Source: an uncultured virus (IMG/VR IMGVR_UViG_3300046169_000098)
Lineage: Duplodnaviria; Heunggongvirae; Uroviricota; Caudoviricetes
Virus record (IMG/VR): IMGVR_UViG_3300046169_000098
Direction: 5' to 3' (one strand)
DNA: 64,000 nt
Below, one piece after another: positions 47,765-58,308 of the stretch. The notes beneath the pieces were generated by a model that ran no database searches, had not been told where the DNA came from, and was given only the letters and a program-made list of their open reading frames with translations. Position 1 is the first letter of the stretch; the number at the start of each line of letters is the position of its first letter. A program made the translations under genes and the position numbers.

Positions 47765-48876
47765 GCCTCTGTATCGTAGTTATATGCACACTGTGTGTAT
47801 AGTTGTTTTAATTTGGTCTTGAGCTTTTGTTTCATCTCTTCATCATCTGCTATGCTATCAACATACATATCACATAAATTTAAGATATTGTAATTCTTAT
47901 ACATTTCTTCTATCTCATCTATATCGTAAAAATCTTTGTCGATGTAGTTTTCTTCTTGATAGATGTTTGGCTCTAGTTTTCTGCTTATGTGTTGAATCTT
48001 ATTGATCAATAAACTTAGAGCATTAGTAGTGGCTATTTGACTAGGCACAAATAAGTCAACAAAATTATTTTCTATTTGTGATTTAAATGTCCCTAGTGTA
48101 ATGTCGAATAGTTGTGTAATATTGTATTTAAGAAATTTGGGAGAAATGTGATTTTCATAAAATGATTCTTCCATATTTGATAGATCTACAACATCAAATC
48201 CTTTAGCATTATTAGCGTCAGATCTTGTTAGTTGATATGGTGTGCCAACCATTAATAATTTACCACGCTCTTGTCTAAAGTGAATATGACCACTGTAAAC
48301 TCGAGTGTACTTATCATAAATATTAGAATCTGTACCATGATCATTCTTAACTTTAGCATTAAGGTAAATACCTTTAACTTCAGAATGACAAAATACAATA
48401 TCTGTTTGCGGGAAATCTGCAAGCGTTTCAGCCTCATGATTTGCATCTTTTCTCCAAGGCATCATTAGCACGTTTCTATTATTCCATTTTAGCAATTCTG
48501 GTTCTTTATAGATCTGAACGTTTGGTATCCATTTAAGAGAATCGATTGATGTAATCTCATTAGATTTTTTGGCCCATATGTCATGGTTACCACATATGAT
48601 GTGTGTTGGAAGTATTTCTCCAAGTCTTTCAAATAAATCTACTGCATAGTTCAATACTTTAATATTAATAGATTGTCTATTATCAAAAGTATCTCCCACT
48701 TGTACTAGAACATCTCCAGGTTGTACGTGTTCCTTTAATGTAGGTATAAATAAATTCTCAAAGAAATCTTTTTGAATTTCTAACCATTCCATAGAATTGG
48801 CTCTTACGCCAAAGTGTAAATCGCCAAGAATCCAAACTCTTTTGACTTCTTGACCTAATGTCTTTTGGTCAATCAT
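47761..48876 (-). CDS. gp47: Recombination nuclease (gp47/SbcD/Mre11)
   Basis: GDLHFG, GDTFD, GNHD, SGHIH. Confidence 0.92.
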   Translation of the reverse strand: MIDQKTLGQEVKRVWILGDLHFGVRANSMEWLEIQKDFFENLFIPTLKEHVQPGDVLVQVGDTFDNRQSINIKVLNYAVDLFERLGEILPTHIICGNHDIWAKKSNEITSIDSLKWIPNVQIYKEPELLKWNNRNVLMMPWRKDANHEAETLADFPQTDIVFCHSEVKGIYLNAKVKNDHGTDSNIYDKYTRVYSGHIHFRQERGKLLMVGTPYQLTRSDANNAKGFDVVDLSNMEESFYENHISPKFLKYNITQLFDITLGTFKSQIENNFVDLFVPSQIATTNALSLLINKIQHISRKLEPNIYQEENYIDKDFYDIDEIEEMYKNYNILNLCDMYVDSIADDEEMKQKLKTKLKQLYTQCAYNYDTEA

Positions 48877-49313
48877 TAAAATAATTTGTTAATGTTCTTC
48901 TTTCCTAAAACGCCAGTCTTTTTATCTAATTCTTGTATTAGATCTTCTTTATAAACATTTGAAAGTGAACTATAAAATTTAGTTGGATTAATATCAAAAT
49001 ATACACACAATTCGCTAAATAAATCTATACGGCTAAATTTAGCTCCCATCTCGTCTGAGATATAACCATATACATCATTAATGTCTGATTTTTTAAGCTT
49101 ATTGCATCTTCCTAAATCATCAACTTCATTAAAGCTTTTAAATCTAGAAACTTCTATAAGAGCATGTATTTTTGTAGCGATCATGTCGAAATGAATTTTT
49201 ATCTCTTCATCTCTATTGTCCTTGAATGTAGGATCTAAATCAAATGTTATGTCTGTTAATTCGAAGTCTGGTGCGTCGAATGAATTGTTAAATATTTTGT
49301 CGTTTGCTCCCAT
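48876..49313 (-). CDS. Hypothetical protein
   Basis: 145-aa ORF in the replication operon. Confidence 0.65.
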   Translation of the reverse strand: MGANDKIFNNSFDAPDFELTDITFDLDPTFKDNRDEEIKIHFDMIATKIHALIEVSRFKSFNEVDDLGRCNKLKKSDINDVYGYISDEMGAKFSRIDLFSELCVYFDINPTKFYSSLSNVYKEDLIQELDKKTGVLGKKNINKLF

Positions 49314-49315
49314 AA

Positions 49316-50634
49316 TTATATTCCGTGTAAGTTTGAATTTGTAATGTCGTCGGTTTCAATTAGCCTCATGTAATTCCAATTAATATTCAATTTACACTTA
49401 GTTCCTTTGCCCTCGCCGTCCCTAATTTTTAAAATCTTAAGCCAATATTCGTCATTAGCTCGCATAAGATCATCTTGTATAATACCTAACATGATGTCTG
49501 CTGTGTGAGAAAGACCTGCAGATTCTGCAACGTCTGTCATTGAAATGTCTGAAGAATTGTAGCCATTTCTATTTATCTGAGTCGCTGTGACTATCAACCA
49601 ATCATTTCTAATACCCATAGCCCTAAGATCTTCTGCAATTTGCTTGATCTTCATATAAGTATTTTCCGTATTTAAATTTCTGTAGTTTGCTAAGATGTTT
49701 ATGTAATCTACCACAACTGCACCAATCTTAATCTGACGCTCTTCTTCAATTTGACTAACATATGCTTCAATATCTAATACTGTTGCCTGTGACGTTGGCA
49801 TTTGCTTAATAAATAGTTGACCAGGGTGGTGTAAATCCATCACCAACTGTTTCTAATCTTCTCTTAATGTGATCTTTATTCTTTGCCTTTTTCTGCGTAT
49901 TCATTAATGTTTACACTAAGAAGATTTGATCCAATTCTCTTTACAAATTTATGAGCTGCCATTTCTGCGGTAATAACCACAGTGTTGGTTCCCATTTTTA
50001 CAAAGTTTGCTGCATCATTTGCTAGATATATTGACTTACCAATATTTTGTTCTCCGGCATATACGATTAGGTTACCTCCCTTATCATATCCACCTCCTAA
50101 AAGCCTGTCAATAAAATTATATCCTGAACTTACCTTTTCTGATTCTTTTTGATCGTGTGATTCTACATCAAAGAAATCTAAACCAAGATCAGAATTAAAA
50201 CTAAGATTGTTTCTTTCATTAATAAGACCTTTAACCTTTTGGATAACAGTGTCTGCGTTCTCAGGTGTTACCTTAGTAGTCTTAATAAATTCTATAGTAT
50301 CTATTAGTGTGGTGTCAAAGGTGCGCCATTTAATCCAAGATTCAGCTGTAGTAGTTAACCATTCTTCGTCATATTGATCAAGATCTGTTTTAAATACTAG
50401 GTCTAATAAATCTTCATTAATCTTTTCCTTTGCCCTTTCATGTCTATTAACCAATAACCATAACTGCTCTTTACTTGGTGTTTCATGAAATTTATCATAA
50501 AACTTATTAGCTAAATAACTTAACAGATCTATTTCTTCAGAAGTATAAAAACTTTTCTTAATACTCTGTAGATATTTAGGCTTGATTAATGATAACCTAA
50601 AAAATATTTTTTCAAAATCTTGACCGAATTGCAT
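49316..50634 (-). CDS. gp41: Replicative DnaB-like helicase (gp41-like; frameshift near 49890)
   Basis: GEQNIGKS, ITAEM, VVDYIN, IAEDLR, TATQINR, ESAGL..TAD, KIRDG. Confidence 0.9.
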
Positions 50635-50644
50635 ATAATGTTGT

Positions 50645-51226
50645 TTATCCTTCTATGGTAAATTTACCAATTTGTTTACTATAAGGCTCCTCGTCCCATA
50701 AATTTATGGCCACTGCGTATCTAGTTCCTTTTGTAACTACTGTGACCTGGTGCGGATGTTTACCAGCTTCGAATATAATCAGCCTATTTGGTTTAGCATA
50801 AAGTACTTCTGGTGGATTTTCATCTCCATTAGAATATATTTCTAACATTCCACCTTCAAACTCGTCTTGGTGCGGATAATAAATAGATCCCATTATTGGG
50901 GTTTTAAATTCTCCTGTTTTTTCAAACCAAGCTTCGTCTTTATCGAAATGCATTTCTAAATAGTCATCAAAATCTTGACCGTTTTGATTTGACTGTTGAA
51001 TGCCAGTCCAATATTCAAATCCAGAAATATCATATGATGTTGAAATTGGACAATTCTGTCCCCATGCATATTCTATAATTTTTTTAGTAGTATTATTTAC
51101 CGGTGAATTCCACCAACCATCATACCACTTGTAAACACCTGGATCTTTAAATATATCCTGTGCATTTGATTGTATCTCTTCTAAGAGATTTTTATCTTTT
51201 ATAAAATCGTCAATTACTGTTATCAT
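50645..51226 (-). CDS. 2OG-Fe(II) oxygenase
   Basis: HFD...GGML...NRLIIF...H.V...R; likely start MITVIDDF. Confidence 0.8.
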   Translation of the reverse strand: MITVIDDFIKDKNLLEEIQSNAQDIFKDPGVYKWYDGWWNSPVNNTTKKIIEYAWGQNCPISTSYDISGFEYWTGIQQSNQNGQDFDDYLEMHFDKDEAWFEKTGEFKTPIMGSIYYPHQDEFEGGMLEIYSNGDENPPEVLYAKPNRLIIFEAGKHPHQVTVVTKGTRYAVAINLWDEEPYSKQIGKFTIEG

Positions 51227-51522
51227 GCGAATGGGTTTTGAATTATTTTCCAAGAAAGCTTGCCCTTCTCAGTGTTTACTGGTTCTACAATACCTAGATT
51301 AACTAAATCTTCGATAGATTCTAATAATTTAGATTCGTCGGTTTCTATAAACCTATATGTTTTTAGGGCATGTAAAGTAAAATTGCCTTTATGTCTATCT
51401 GGCATTCTAACACACAATTGTATCTCTTTGTAAAGTATGTCAAAGCCGGTTGGATATTCAGGTAAATCTTTTTCTATGCCCATAACATATTTTATGGGTA
51501 GATTATCCTGATTAATTTGCAT
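51223..51522 (-). CDS. Hypothetical protein (possible winged helix)
   Basis: 99-aa ORF between UvsX and helicase genes. Confidence 0.6.
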   Translation of the reverse strand: MQINQDNLPIKYVMGIEKDLPEYPTGFDILYKEIQLCVRMPDRHKGNFTLHALKTYRFIETDESKLLESIEDLVNLGIVEPVNTEKGKLSWKIIQNPFA

Positions 51523-52621
51523 CCTCTTCTAATATTTCGTCTAAGTCTATTTCTCTTTCTTCAGTATTGTAATTAAAGACATGTTTGATTCTAGCTTCAA
51601 TCTTTTCTAATACTTCTTGTGTGAATACTTTCTCTGAGAAGAAATCTTTATTAGGTACTGACTCATCTAAATGTTTACAGATCCAATTTCTTGCAGTTTT
51701 CTTAGGGATCTTCTCACCCTTTTCGATAACACCTTTTGTAATACCAATTTCTTCCCAATCAATATATTGTTCTAACCCAACATATCTGTTCATACCTTCT
51801 GTAAAGTGTAGGTGAAATTTAATATTATGTGGTTTTGCAAAACGATTCTTATTTGGCTTAGCAGTTACAATAATACCTGCTTTTTCACCACTAGATTCTT
51901 TAAGTTGCGCCTTTCCTAAGAATAGAACAATAGATGCTGCATATTCTGGTCCAGTTCCACCACCGGCTACTTGTCTTGAGATAAAATCTTGAGTCTGATA
52001 AGTATGGTTGGTAAAAATAAACGGTATCTTAAGATCTGCTAAAGGTGTCATAATGATTCTAAAAATAGATTTTAGCACCTTAGATCTTGTCATATCTGCT
52101 TTTTCAGATCCTGATTTTGCATCTTCAATTTCTTTTTGTGTTGCTAAGTTACCTGCAGAATCTAGAATCATCATAACCTTTGGTGTTTTACCACCAACTC
52201 TTTTGATGTCTTGCATCTTACTAGTTAATGTAGTAACCGATGTTCTAAATTCTTGAACAGTGTTAATTGGTTGATAATTTACTTTAGTAACATCAATACC
52301 AAACTTTTCCATTTGATCTTTATCTACCGCAGCTTCACTATCATAATAGATCACATTATATCCCATATCGATTGCTCTTTTTACTGAGTTCAATACTAAG
52401 AATGTTTTACCAGTTCCTGAGGGTCCTGCGATTGAACATGTTCTACTGTTTGGCCATCCACCGAAAAGTGAACCACTAACACATGCATTCAAGTGATAGT
52501 TACCAGTGTCAATCCACTCTGTAACTTCACTAAAAGTTGAGTCTGCCATAATTGATCCCATAGGATTCAATTGTTTTAACTCAGCGTTTATATCGTCAAA
52601 ACTAAAATCTTTCTTTGCCAT
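51512..52621 (-). CDS. uvsX: RecA-like recombinase
   Basis: GPSGTGKT, YDSE, LDSAGNL, DMTRSK, TNHTY, GGG. Confidence 0.92.
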   Translation of the reverse strand: MAKKDFSFDDINAELKQLNPMGSIMADSTFSEVTEWIDTGNYHLNACVSGSLFGGWPNSRTCSIAGPSGTGKTFLVLNSVKRAIDMGYNVIYYDSEAAVDKDQMEKFGIDVTKVNYQPINTVQEFRTSVTTLTSKMQDIKRVGGKTPKVMMILDSAGNLATQKEIEDAKSGSEKADMTRSKVLKSIFRIIMTPLADLKIPFIFTNHTYQTQDFISRQVAGGGTGPEYAASIVLFLGKAQLKESSGEKAGIIVTAKPNKNRFAKPHNIKFHLHFTEGMNRYVGLEQYIDWEEIGITKGVIEKGEKIPKKTARNWICKHLDESVPNKDFFSEKVFTQEVLEKIEARIKHVFNYNTEEREIDLDEILEEDAN

Positions 52622-52688
52622 GTAATTATACTTTTTGTTTAAGGTTATATCACTATAACTTCGTTTGTTTCTAAATAAAAAAACCGAC

Positions 52689-52898
52689 TTACTCGTCGGC
52701 TTCTTTTAATGTTTCTATTAAGTTTGCATTTGGAAATTCAATAGATTCAGCCTCTCTTAATTCTTGAAGATTTTTGATAAGGTCTGTTGATTCTTGACCA
52801 AGAGCACTTAATTCTTTTTGAATTTGGTTTAATCTATTTAAAATATATTGATACTGTTCAACATATTCTTTTTGCCTAGTTGTTAATTCTACGTGCAT
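52689..52898 (-). CDS. Hypothetical coiled-coil protein
   Basis: 69-aa ORF. Confidence 0.6.
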   Translation of the reverse strand: MHVELTTRQKEYVEQYQYILNRLNQIQKELSALGQESTDLIKNLQELREAESIEFPNANLIETLKEADE

Positions 52899-52899
52899 G

Positions 52900-53055
52900 T
52901 TATTCTTCCGGAAAATTAATTTTTAATTGATTTGGATCTGATGCTTCAGCTGCATCTAATTTCCAAATTAATCTTCTTACTGCATTACCTAGTTCCATGT
53001 CATTAGGTGTTTGCTTTGTTAAACTTAAAATAGTTTCGTAAAATGTTGGTGTCAT
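52900..53055 (-). CDS. Hypothetical 51-aa protein
   Basis: MTPTFYETILSLTKQTPNDMELGNAVRRLIW... Confidence 0.55.
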   Translation of the reverse strand: MTPTFYETILSLTKQTPNDMELGNAVRRLIWKLDAAEASDPNQLKINFPEE

Positions 53056-53065
53056 AATGTTTTTT

Positions 53066-54274
53066 TTAAAATAACGACGATGCGTAAATTAGATTAGTGT
53101 CCAGTGTTTGTAGACCAATTGCTGTCAATACTCTATTAAGAGGATCAATCATTGCTTTTTCAAATTGAGTGTCGTAATCAATTTCTGGAGCAATTTCATA
53201 AGGGTGTTCATTTGGCATATATGCATATACTTCAGATATCGGTGATTTACAGTTATAAATCTTTAGCTTTTCACCGTTACCAATAACCTTATATTTGTTT
53301 TTATACTTTTTATTGTTATTTAGTAGATAGTTATAATATCCTGCGGCTTTAACATTGGCTGGACATTTTAGTCCTATCTGAAATTCTGTCTGATCATCTA
53401 CAATATACTTATCGATATTGTTGGTTCTTCTATTAAATGAAATCTCATCAATATCTGCTAGTTTAAATTGTTTCTTGGTTTCCTTCATAAAAACAACCAA
53501 TGATTGTAGATCTTCTGCAGTTGGAGTTACTCTACTTTTAAAGATAATTTTAAGTGCTTCTACTAGTTTTTCTCTAACAAATTTGGGTGTTGAAGATTGA
53601 ATCGTATCAAACCCAATTGTCTTAATTTTCTTCAATGATTTATGACGGTCTGTGATCTCTAACTTATCGTCCCACGCTATGTTTTGAATATACTTTTTCT
53701 TAGACATCCAAATACCATTGTATGCGAGTGCCTCTAGTTCGAACATTAAATAATTATCTGTGTTTCTTTTCTCTGCGTATTTTTCCATGGTTTTAGATAT
53801 GTAATCTTTTAATCTAAATCCATAAAGTGCTAAAATAAACACATCAATTTCCATCTTCTCTGTTTCTTCTGGCCAAATTATTGATTCATACAAATCTTGG
53901 AACTGTACGTAACATGAATCTGTATCAATATAAATTACTGCAGGTTTTTCAATTTTACCTTTTACTTTAATGCCGAAGTGTGAGTGGACTGCTGTGTCTT
54001 TGTGCCAAAACTCATTAACGTATTTATTGAGAATTGTTTCTGAGTAGAGAATTGCATTTTTGCCTTGTTTTGTAATTGACTCGGCAATGTCAATATTAAA
54101 AAAGTGGAACCACTTATTACCGAAGGCTCCGTAGATCGAGTTTAGTGTTAACTTAACTGCTTGTTCATATGCTGTATATTTGGCTGAAAGCTGCTTGTAG
54201 TGATCTACAAGCAGCTTCGCCTCATTATCAGTCAATTCCTCGATAGATTTATTTTCTAGCGCTTCGATGTTCAT
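53066..54274 (-). CDS. Family B DNA polymerase, C-terminal subunit (gp43B-like)
   Basis: KLTLNSIYGAFGN (motif B), YIDTDS (motif C), KKKY. Confidence 0.9.
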   Translation of the reverse strand: MNIEALENKSIEELTDNEAKLLVDHYKQLSAKYTAYEQAVKLTLNSIYGAFGNKWFHFFNIDIAESITKQGKNAILYSETILNKYVNEFWHKDTAVHSHFGIKVKGKIEKPAVIYIDTDSCYVQFQDLYESIIWPEETEKMEIDVFILALYGFRLKDYISKTMEKYAEKRNTDNYLMFELEALAYNGIWMSKKKYIQNIAWDDKLEITDRHKSLKKIKTIGFDTIQSSTPKFVREKLVEALKIIFKSRVTPTAEDLQSLVVFMKETKKQFKLADIDEISFNRRTNNIDKYIVDDQTEFQIGLKCPANVKAAGYYNYLLNNNKKYKNKYKVIGNGEKLKIYNCKSPISEVYAYMPNEHPYEIAPEIDYDTQFEKAMIDPLNRVLTAIGLQTLDTNLIYASSLF

Positions 54275-54276
54275 AC

Positions 54277-55020
54277 TTATGCTGTTTGACAAGTTGAAAC
54301 AGTTAGTAATGTATTTGTGTCATTGGAGTTAAAAACAACCTTTGATCCTGAAACATATACTGTTTGTTCGTCTTTGTCAAGTAAGCTTAAGTACTTTTTA
54401 TAAACTGTTACTTCACCATTTCCGCTTGTATCTGGATTGATTACAACGCTAAATGATTTACCACTTACGCTTACACCTGATACATCAGATTTAATGCTAA
54501 ATGTTTCATCTTTATCTAGTGAAAATAGATTTTTAACTTTACCTATCATGTGAGTGTCAAAGCTAAAGTCAAATTTACTATCTTCTCTTGCAAAGATTGC
54601 ATCAATCTGATCTTGTGTAAGATCTTTAAAGCCAAGTGAAGGCTCTGAACAAGCTAAAGTAATTTCTAGCTCATCATTGAAAATACGTAGCGAAGATGCT
54701 ACTAATTCATTGTCGTTTTCGATGAATTCAATTTCACCTTTAATTGCATCTGCATCAAAGTGCTTAATAGCTTCGATTACTTTGTTACCTTCAAAGAATG
54801 CAATTTTCATTTCTTTGTCAGTTTCTGGCCATTCTTCTACTTGAAAAATAGTACTTACTTCTACTGAGTGATGTTTTACTGCATCTCTTTGTGGAAGATA
54901 AACTGTTGAATTAATTGTTCCATCTGCAATTTTCATGTAAATGAAAGAATCAATCGGTTTTACTCTGTTGATGAATGCTGTTAAAGCATGCTGGTCAATA
55001 CGATCTAATTTAAGTTTCAT
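54277..55020 (-). CDS. Probable sliding clamp (gp45-like)
   Basis: 247 aa, acidic, beta-rich, adjacent to the polymerase gene. Confidence 0.6.
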   Translation of the reverse strand: MKLKLDRIDQHALTAFINRVKPIDSFIYMKIADGTINSTVYLPQRDAVKHHSVEVSTIFQVEEWPETDKEMKIAFFEGNKVIEAIKHFDADAIKGEIEFIENDNELVASSLRIFNDELEITLACSEPSLGFKDLTQDQIDAIFAREDSKFDFSFDTHMIGKVKNLFSLDKDETFSIKSDVSGVSVSGKSFSVVINPDTSGNGEVTVYKKYLSLLDKDEQTVYVSGSKVVFNSNDTNTLLTVSTCQTA

Positions 55021-55125
55021 AAATATTTGTTTTTGATAATGATATTTGAATATTATACTGAATAGTTTAAATTAGTTTCATTAATTATTAGACAAAAAAA
55101 AAGCCAGACATTAGTCTGGCTTAAA

Positions 55126-55611
55126 TCAGTCTCTTTTTGATCTTAACCTTGTCGCTTCGTTTACGAAAGCTTCAAATAATTTTACGTGTTTCATAGTTGT
55201 TTTATTTTCATAAATATTTCCATGGTAGAATTGCCATAATGCACCCGTATGAGTAGGTGCGCGTTTAACAAAACTATCACCATATCCATTCTTTAGCTTA
55301 ACCGGAAAATATGCTCCTGATCCATCTATTTCTTCCACTTTAGATTTAGCATCTTCCTCTGACATATCTTCCATCTTTACGTCTGCTGTTTCTCTTTCTC
55401 TATAAAATAGTAGACCCTTTTTTATATCGATTTCTCCAGAGTAGATAGATTTAAGACCAAACCCAAGGGTCGGGATCTTTTCACCGTCTAAACCAAATTC
55501 AAAATCATCGTAAATGTATTCTCCCTTTTTCTGCGCCTTTCTTTTATCGTTAAAGAAATAGCCCATTACCTGTTTTTCATCTTTAAGATGTATATAAAAT
55601 ATCTTTGCCAT
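55126..55611 (-). CDS. Hypothetical late protein
   Basis: Own late motif (55633) and terminator (55094-55122). Confidence 0.6.
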   Translation of the reverse strand: MAKIFYIHLKDEKQVMGYFFNDKRKAQKKGEYIYDDFEFGLDGEKIPTLGFGLKSIYSGEIDIKKGLLFYRERETADVKMEDMSEEDAKSKVEEIDGSGAYFPVKLKNGYGDSFVKRAPTHTGALWQFYHGNIYENKTTMKHVKLFEAFVNEATRLRSKRD

Positions 55612-55726
55612 AGTTTATTACTTATTATATATTATATATCCATCTTTGTCTTATTAAAACGTTTCAATAAAAAAAGCCCGAGATCCTAGAAACTCGGGCT
55701 TATAATTTAACCAAATCAGTTTTAGT

Positions 55727-56143
55727 TTAGAACTTTAAACCAAAGCCGATTTGAAGGTTAGTTGTCTCAGTTCCTAAATCGTAAACGATTTTTGGATCTA
55801 CAAACATAGATCCTTTATGGAATGCGAACATTTTACCTACACCTAATTGAAGTTGATCGAAATCAAAATCATTAAGTCCTACATATCCAAAAAACCCTTT
55901 GTGGAAATATCTTCCTTCTAGGCCTAAAGACATGTCTTCAGTTGAATCTGCCTGTGAAAGGCTCATTCCTACCATGTAGTTATCTGCAAATGCATAACCG
56001 ATTGTTGGTTGGATTGATAATTCAGTCCAAGCCGTGTTAGTAATATCGCCAGTACCTACGTACCAGTCACCTTTTGCATTCTGTGCATTTGCACCGAATG
56101 TTGTCAATGCCGCAAGGGCTAATGTTAAAATAAAATTTTTCAT
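55727..56143 (-). CDS. Outer-membrane beta-barrel protein, Bacteroidota type
   Basis: Signal peptide MKNFILTLALAALTTFGANAQ, KGDWYVG, C-terminal GFGLKF; own promoter and terminator (55669-55701). Confidence 0.75.
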   Translation of the reverse strand: MKNFILTLALAALTTFGANAQNAKGDWYVGTGDITNTAWTELSIQPTIGYAFADNYMVGMSLSQADSTEDMSLGLEGRYFHKGFFGYVGLNDFDFDQLQLGVGKMFAFHKGSMFVDPKIVYDLGTETTNLQIGFGLKF

Positions 56144-56365
56144 ATTAAAATGTTTTGGTTAAAATAAATCTATCAGTCTGTGATAACAGTTCTAGGAGTA
56201 AAGATAGATGTGCTGCTGTTATTTTTAGCAGTCTTTGTTAGTAAGTATAATGAATTTGTGTTCATTTTTCTTTGTTAATTGGTCTATTATACCAAGTAAA
56301 CAAAAAAGGTTTCATTTTTTATCTAAAATAATTAACATTTGATTGTTAATATGATAATTCTTTAT

Positions 56366-56404
56366 AAAAAGCGAGGCCAGACAGTAGCGATACGTCTGGC
56401 CTCT
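56366..56404 (-). terminator. Strong terminator after nrdA
   Basis: GAGGCCAGAC/GTCTGGCCTC stem followed by GC and a T run. Confidence 0.75.
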
Positions 56405-56459
56405 TTCCGAGAACTATCCCGGTCCTAAGACGAGGTCTTCAAACCTCACCTTTTTATTT

Positions 56460-58294
56460 TTATCCGTCACACGCTGCACAGTCAGGATCTGTAGCGGATG
56501 CAGCAATATCTCCTCTAAGTACACTTTCAGTTCTCATATAGTAAAGTGTTTTTACGCCCTTTCTGTATGCCTCTAAGTGTACTTGATTTATGAATTTAGG
56601 GTTCAGCTTCTTTTGGGAAAGCTAGATTTAAACTTGCAGCTTGATCAACATATTGTTGTCTAATACCCGCTTGTCTTACTAGATCTAATTGATTAATTTC
56701 CTTAAATGTTCTAAATACATCTTTCATAGGAATATAATCGGCCTTGCTCTAACGTTGGTAATTTTTCCAATTGTTTTTGAGTCAATGGTTTTTGAATACC
56801 TGCAGTTCCATCGTTATCTGAAAACGAAGAAACAAAATAATCTTCAATCCATGGTAAACCTAAAACCGAACCACCATCTTCTAATATCTTGTCCCATGTT
56901 GTTTTAGTATTTTTACCGATAGTTTCTAAAACCTTTTCTAATGTTGGGTTTTTTCTGATGAAAGTGCCCTTAGCTGTTTGTTCTGTTAATAGATTTGCTG
57001 CCCATGGCTCAATACCAGGTGAAACATTTCCACTAAGTTTTGAATTAGTTACTGTAGGAGCAATAGCTCTTAGGTGTGTGTTTCTCATTCCAGTCCCTAC
57101 GCACCAAAGTGGTTCACCATATTCTGTAGCTAAATCTCTAGATGCTCTTTCAGATTCTATCTTTAATTGTGAAAATATTTTACGTGTTTCAAATTGAGCA
57201 GATAGAGAATCAAATGGAATATTTTTTTCTTGTAGATATGTATGCCATCCTAATACACCAAGTCCTAATGCTCTTCCTTTTTCAGCTGATCTAATTGAGT
57301 TTTCAAAACCTCTCATAAATTTAGCCTTTTGGATAAATTCTTCCATAACACCATCTAAAAACCAAGTCGCGGTGTAAATAAGATCAGTATCTTTCCATTC
57401 GTTGTATTTTGCTAAGTTTACAGATGATAAACAACATACAAATGAATGCGATTCATCTGTGTGCAATGTAATTTCAGAACAAATATTGGTCATATAAACT
57501 TTTAATCCATTTTTATGATATGCTTCTGGATTAGCTCTATTTACATTTCCTTTATACATGATATATGGTTCTCCTGTAGATCTACGCTTTCTTAAAAGTG
57601 CAGCCCATCTTTTACGAGATTCCTTATCACCTGCTTCTACTTTTTGCATAAAACCATCTGGCACAACAGCACATTGATGTAGATTTAAAGATTGTCTATT
57701 TACATCACCTTTAGGTTCTCTAATTTCTAGCCATTCCCAGAAATCATCATGTTCAATATCAATATTAACTGACGCAGCTCCACGTCTGACAGACCCTTGG
57801 TTAGTAGCAAGGATTGTAGAGTCATATATTTTACAGAACGGTACGACTCCGTCGCTTGTTCCATTACCTGTGATTTTTGCACCCGCTGGTCTAATTTGAT
57901 TAATACCTAGTCCAACACCTCCACCGTGCTTAGCGAGTAACATCATTTCTAAGTTTTTAGCTCCAATGTCATGAATAGAATCAGCGACATCAATACCAAA
58001 ACATGAAATAGGAAGTCCTCTTTCTAGGCCAGTGTTTGAAAGAACTGGTGAGGCTAGATTCAACCAACCTTTCCATATATAATCAAAAAATTTCGATGCA
58101 AGTTCAGGTTTACCTAATCTTTTAGCAATTGTAGTTGCAACTCTCCAATATGCATCCTTTGGTGTTTCATCTTGGTAACAATATCCTTTGCTTATTGTCT
58201 TAACGTATATCTCTGTGTTTCCCCACGTTGGGAAATCAACACCTAGCTCCCAACCTAATGAAGCTCCATAGTTTACTTTATTTTCTTTACTCAT
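56460..58294 (-). CDS. nrdA: Class I ribonucleotide reductase alpha (frameshifts near 56741 and 56600)
   Basis: PISCF, GGGVG, TNICSEI, APTVTNS, KTLYY, C-terminal CAACDG. Confidence 0.93.
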
Positions 58295-58308
58295 TTTTAT
58301 TATCTGTA

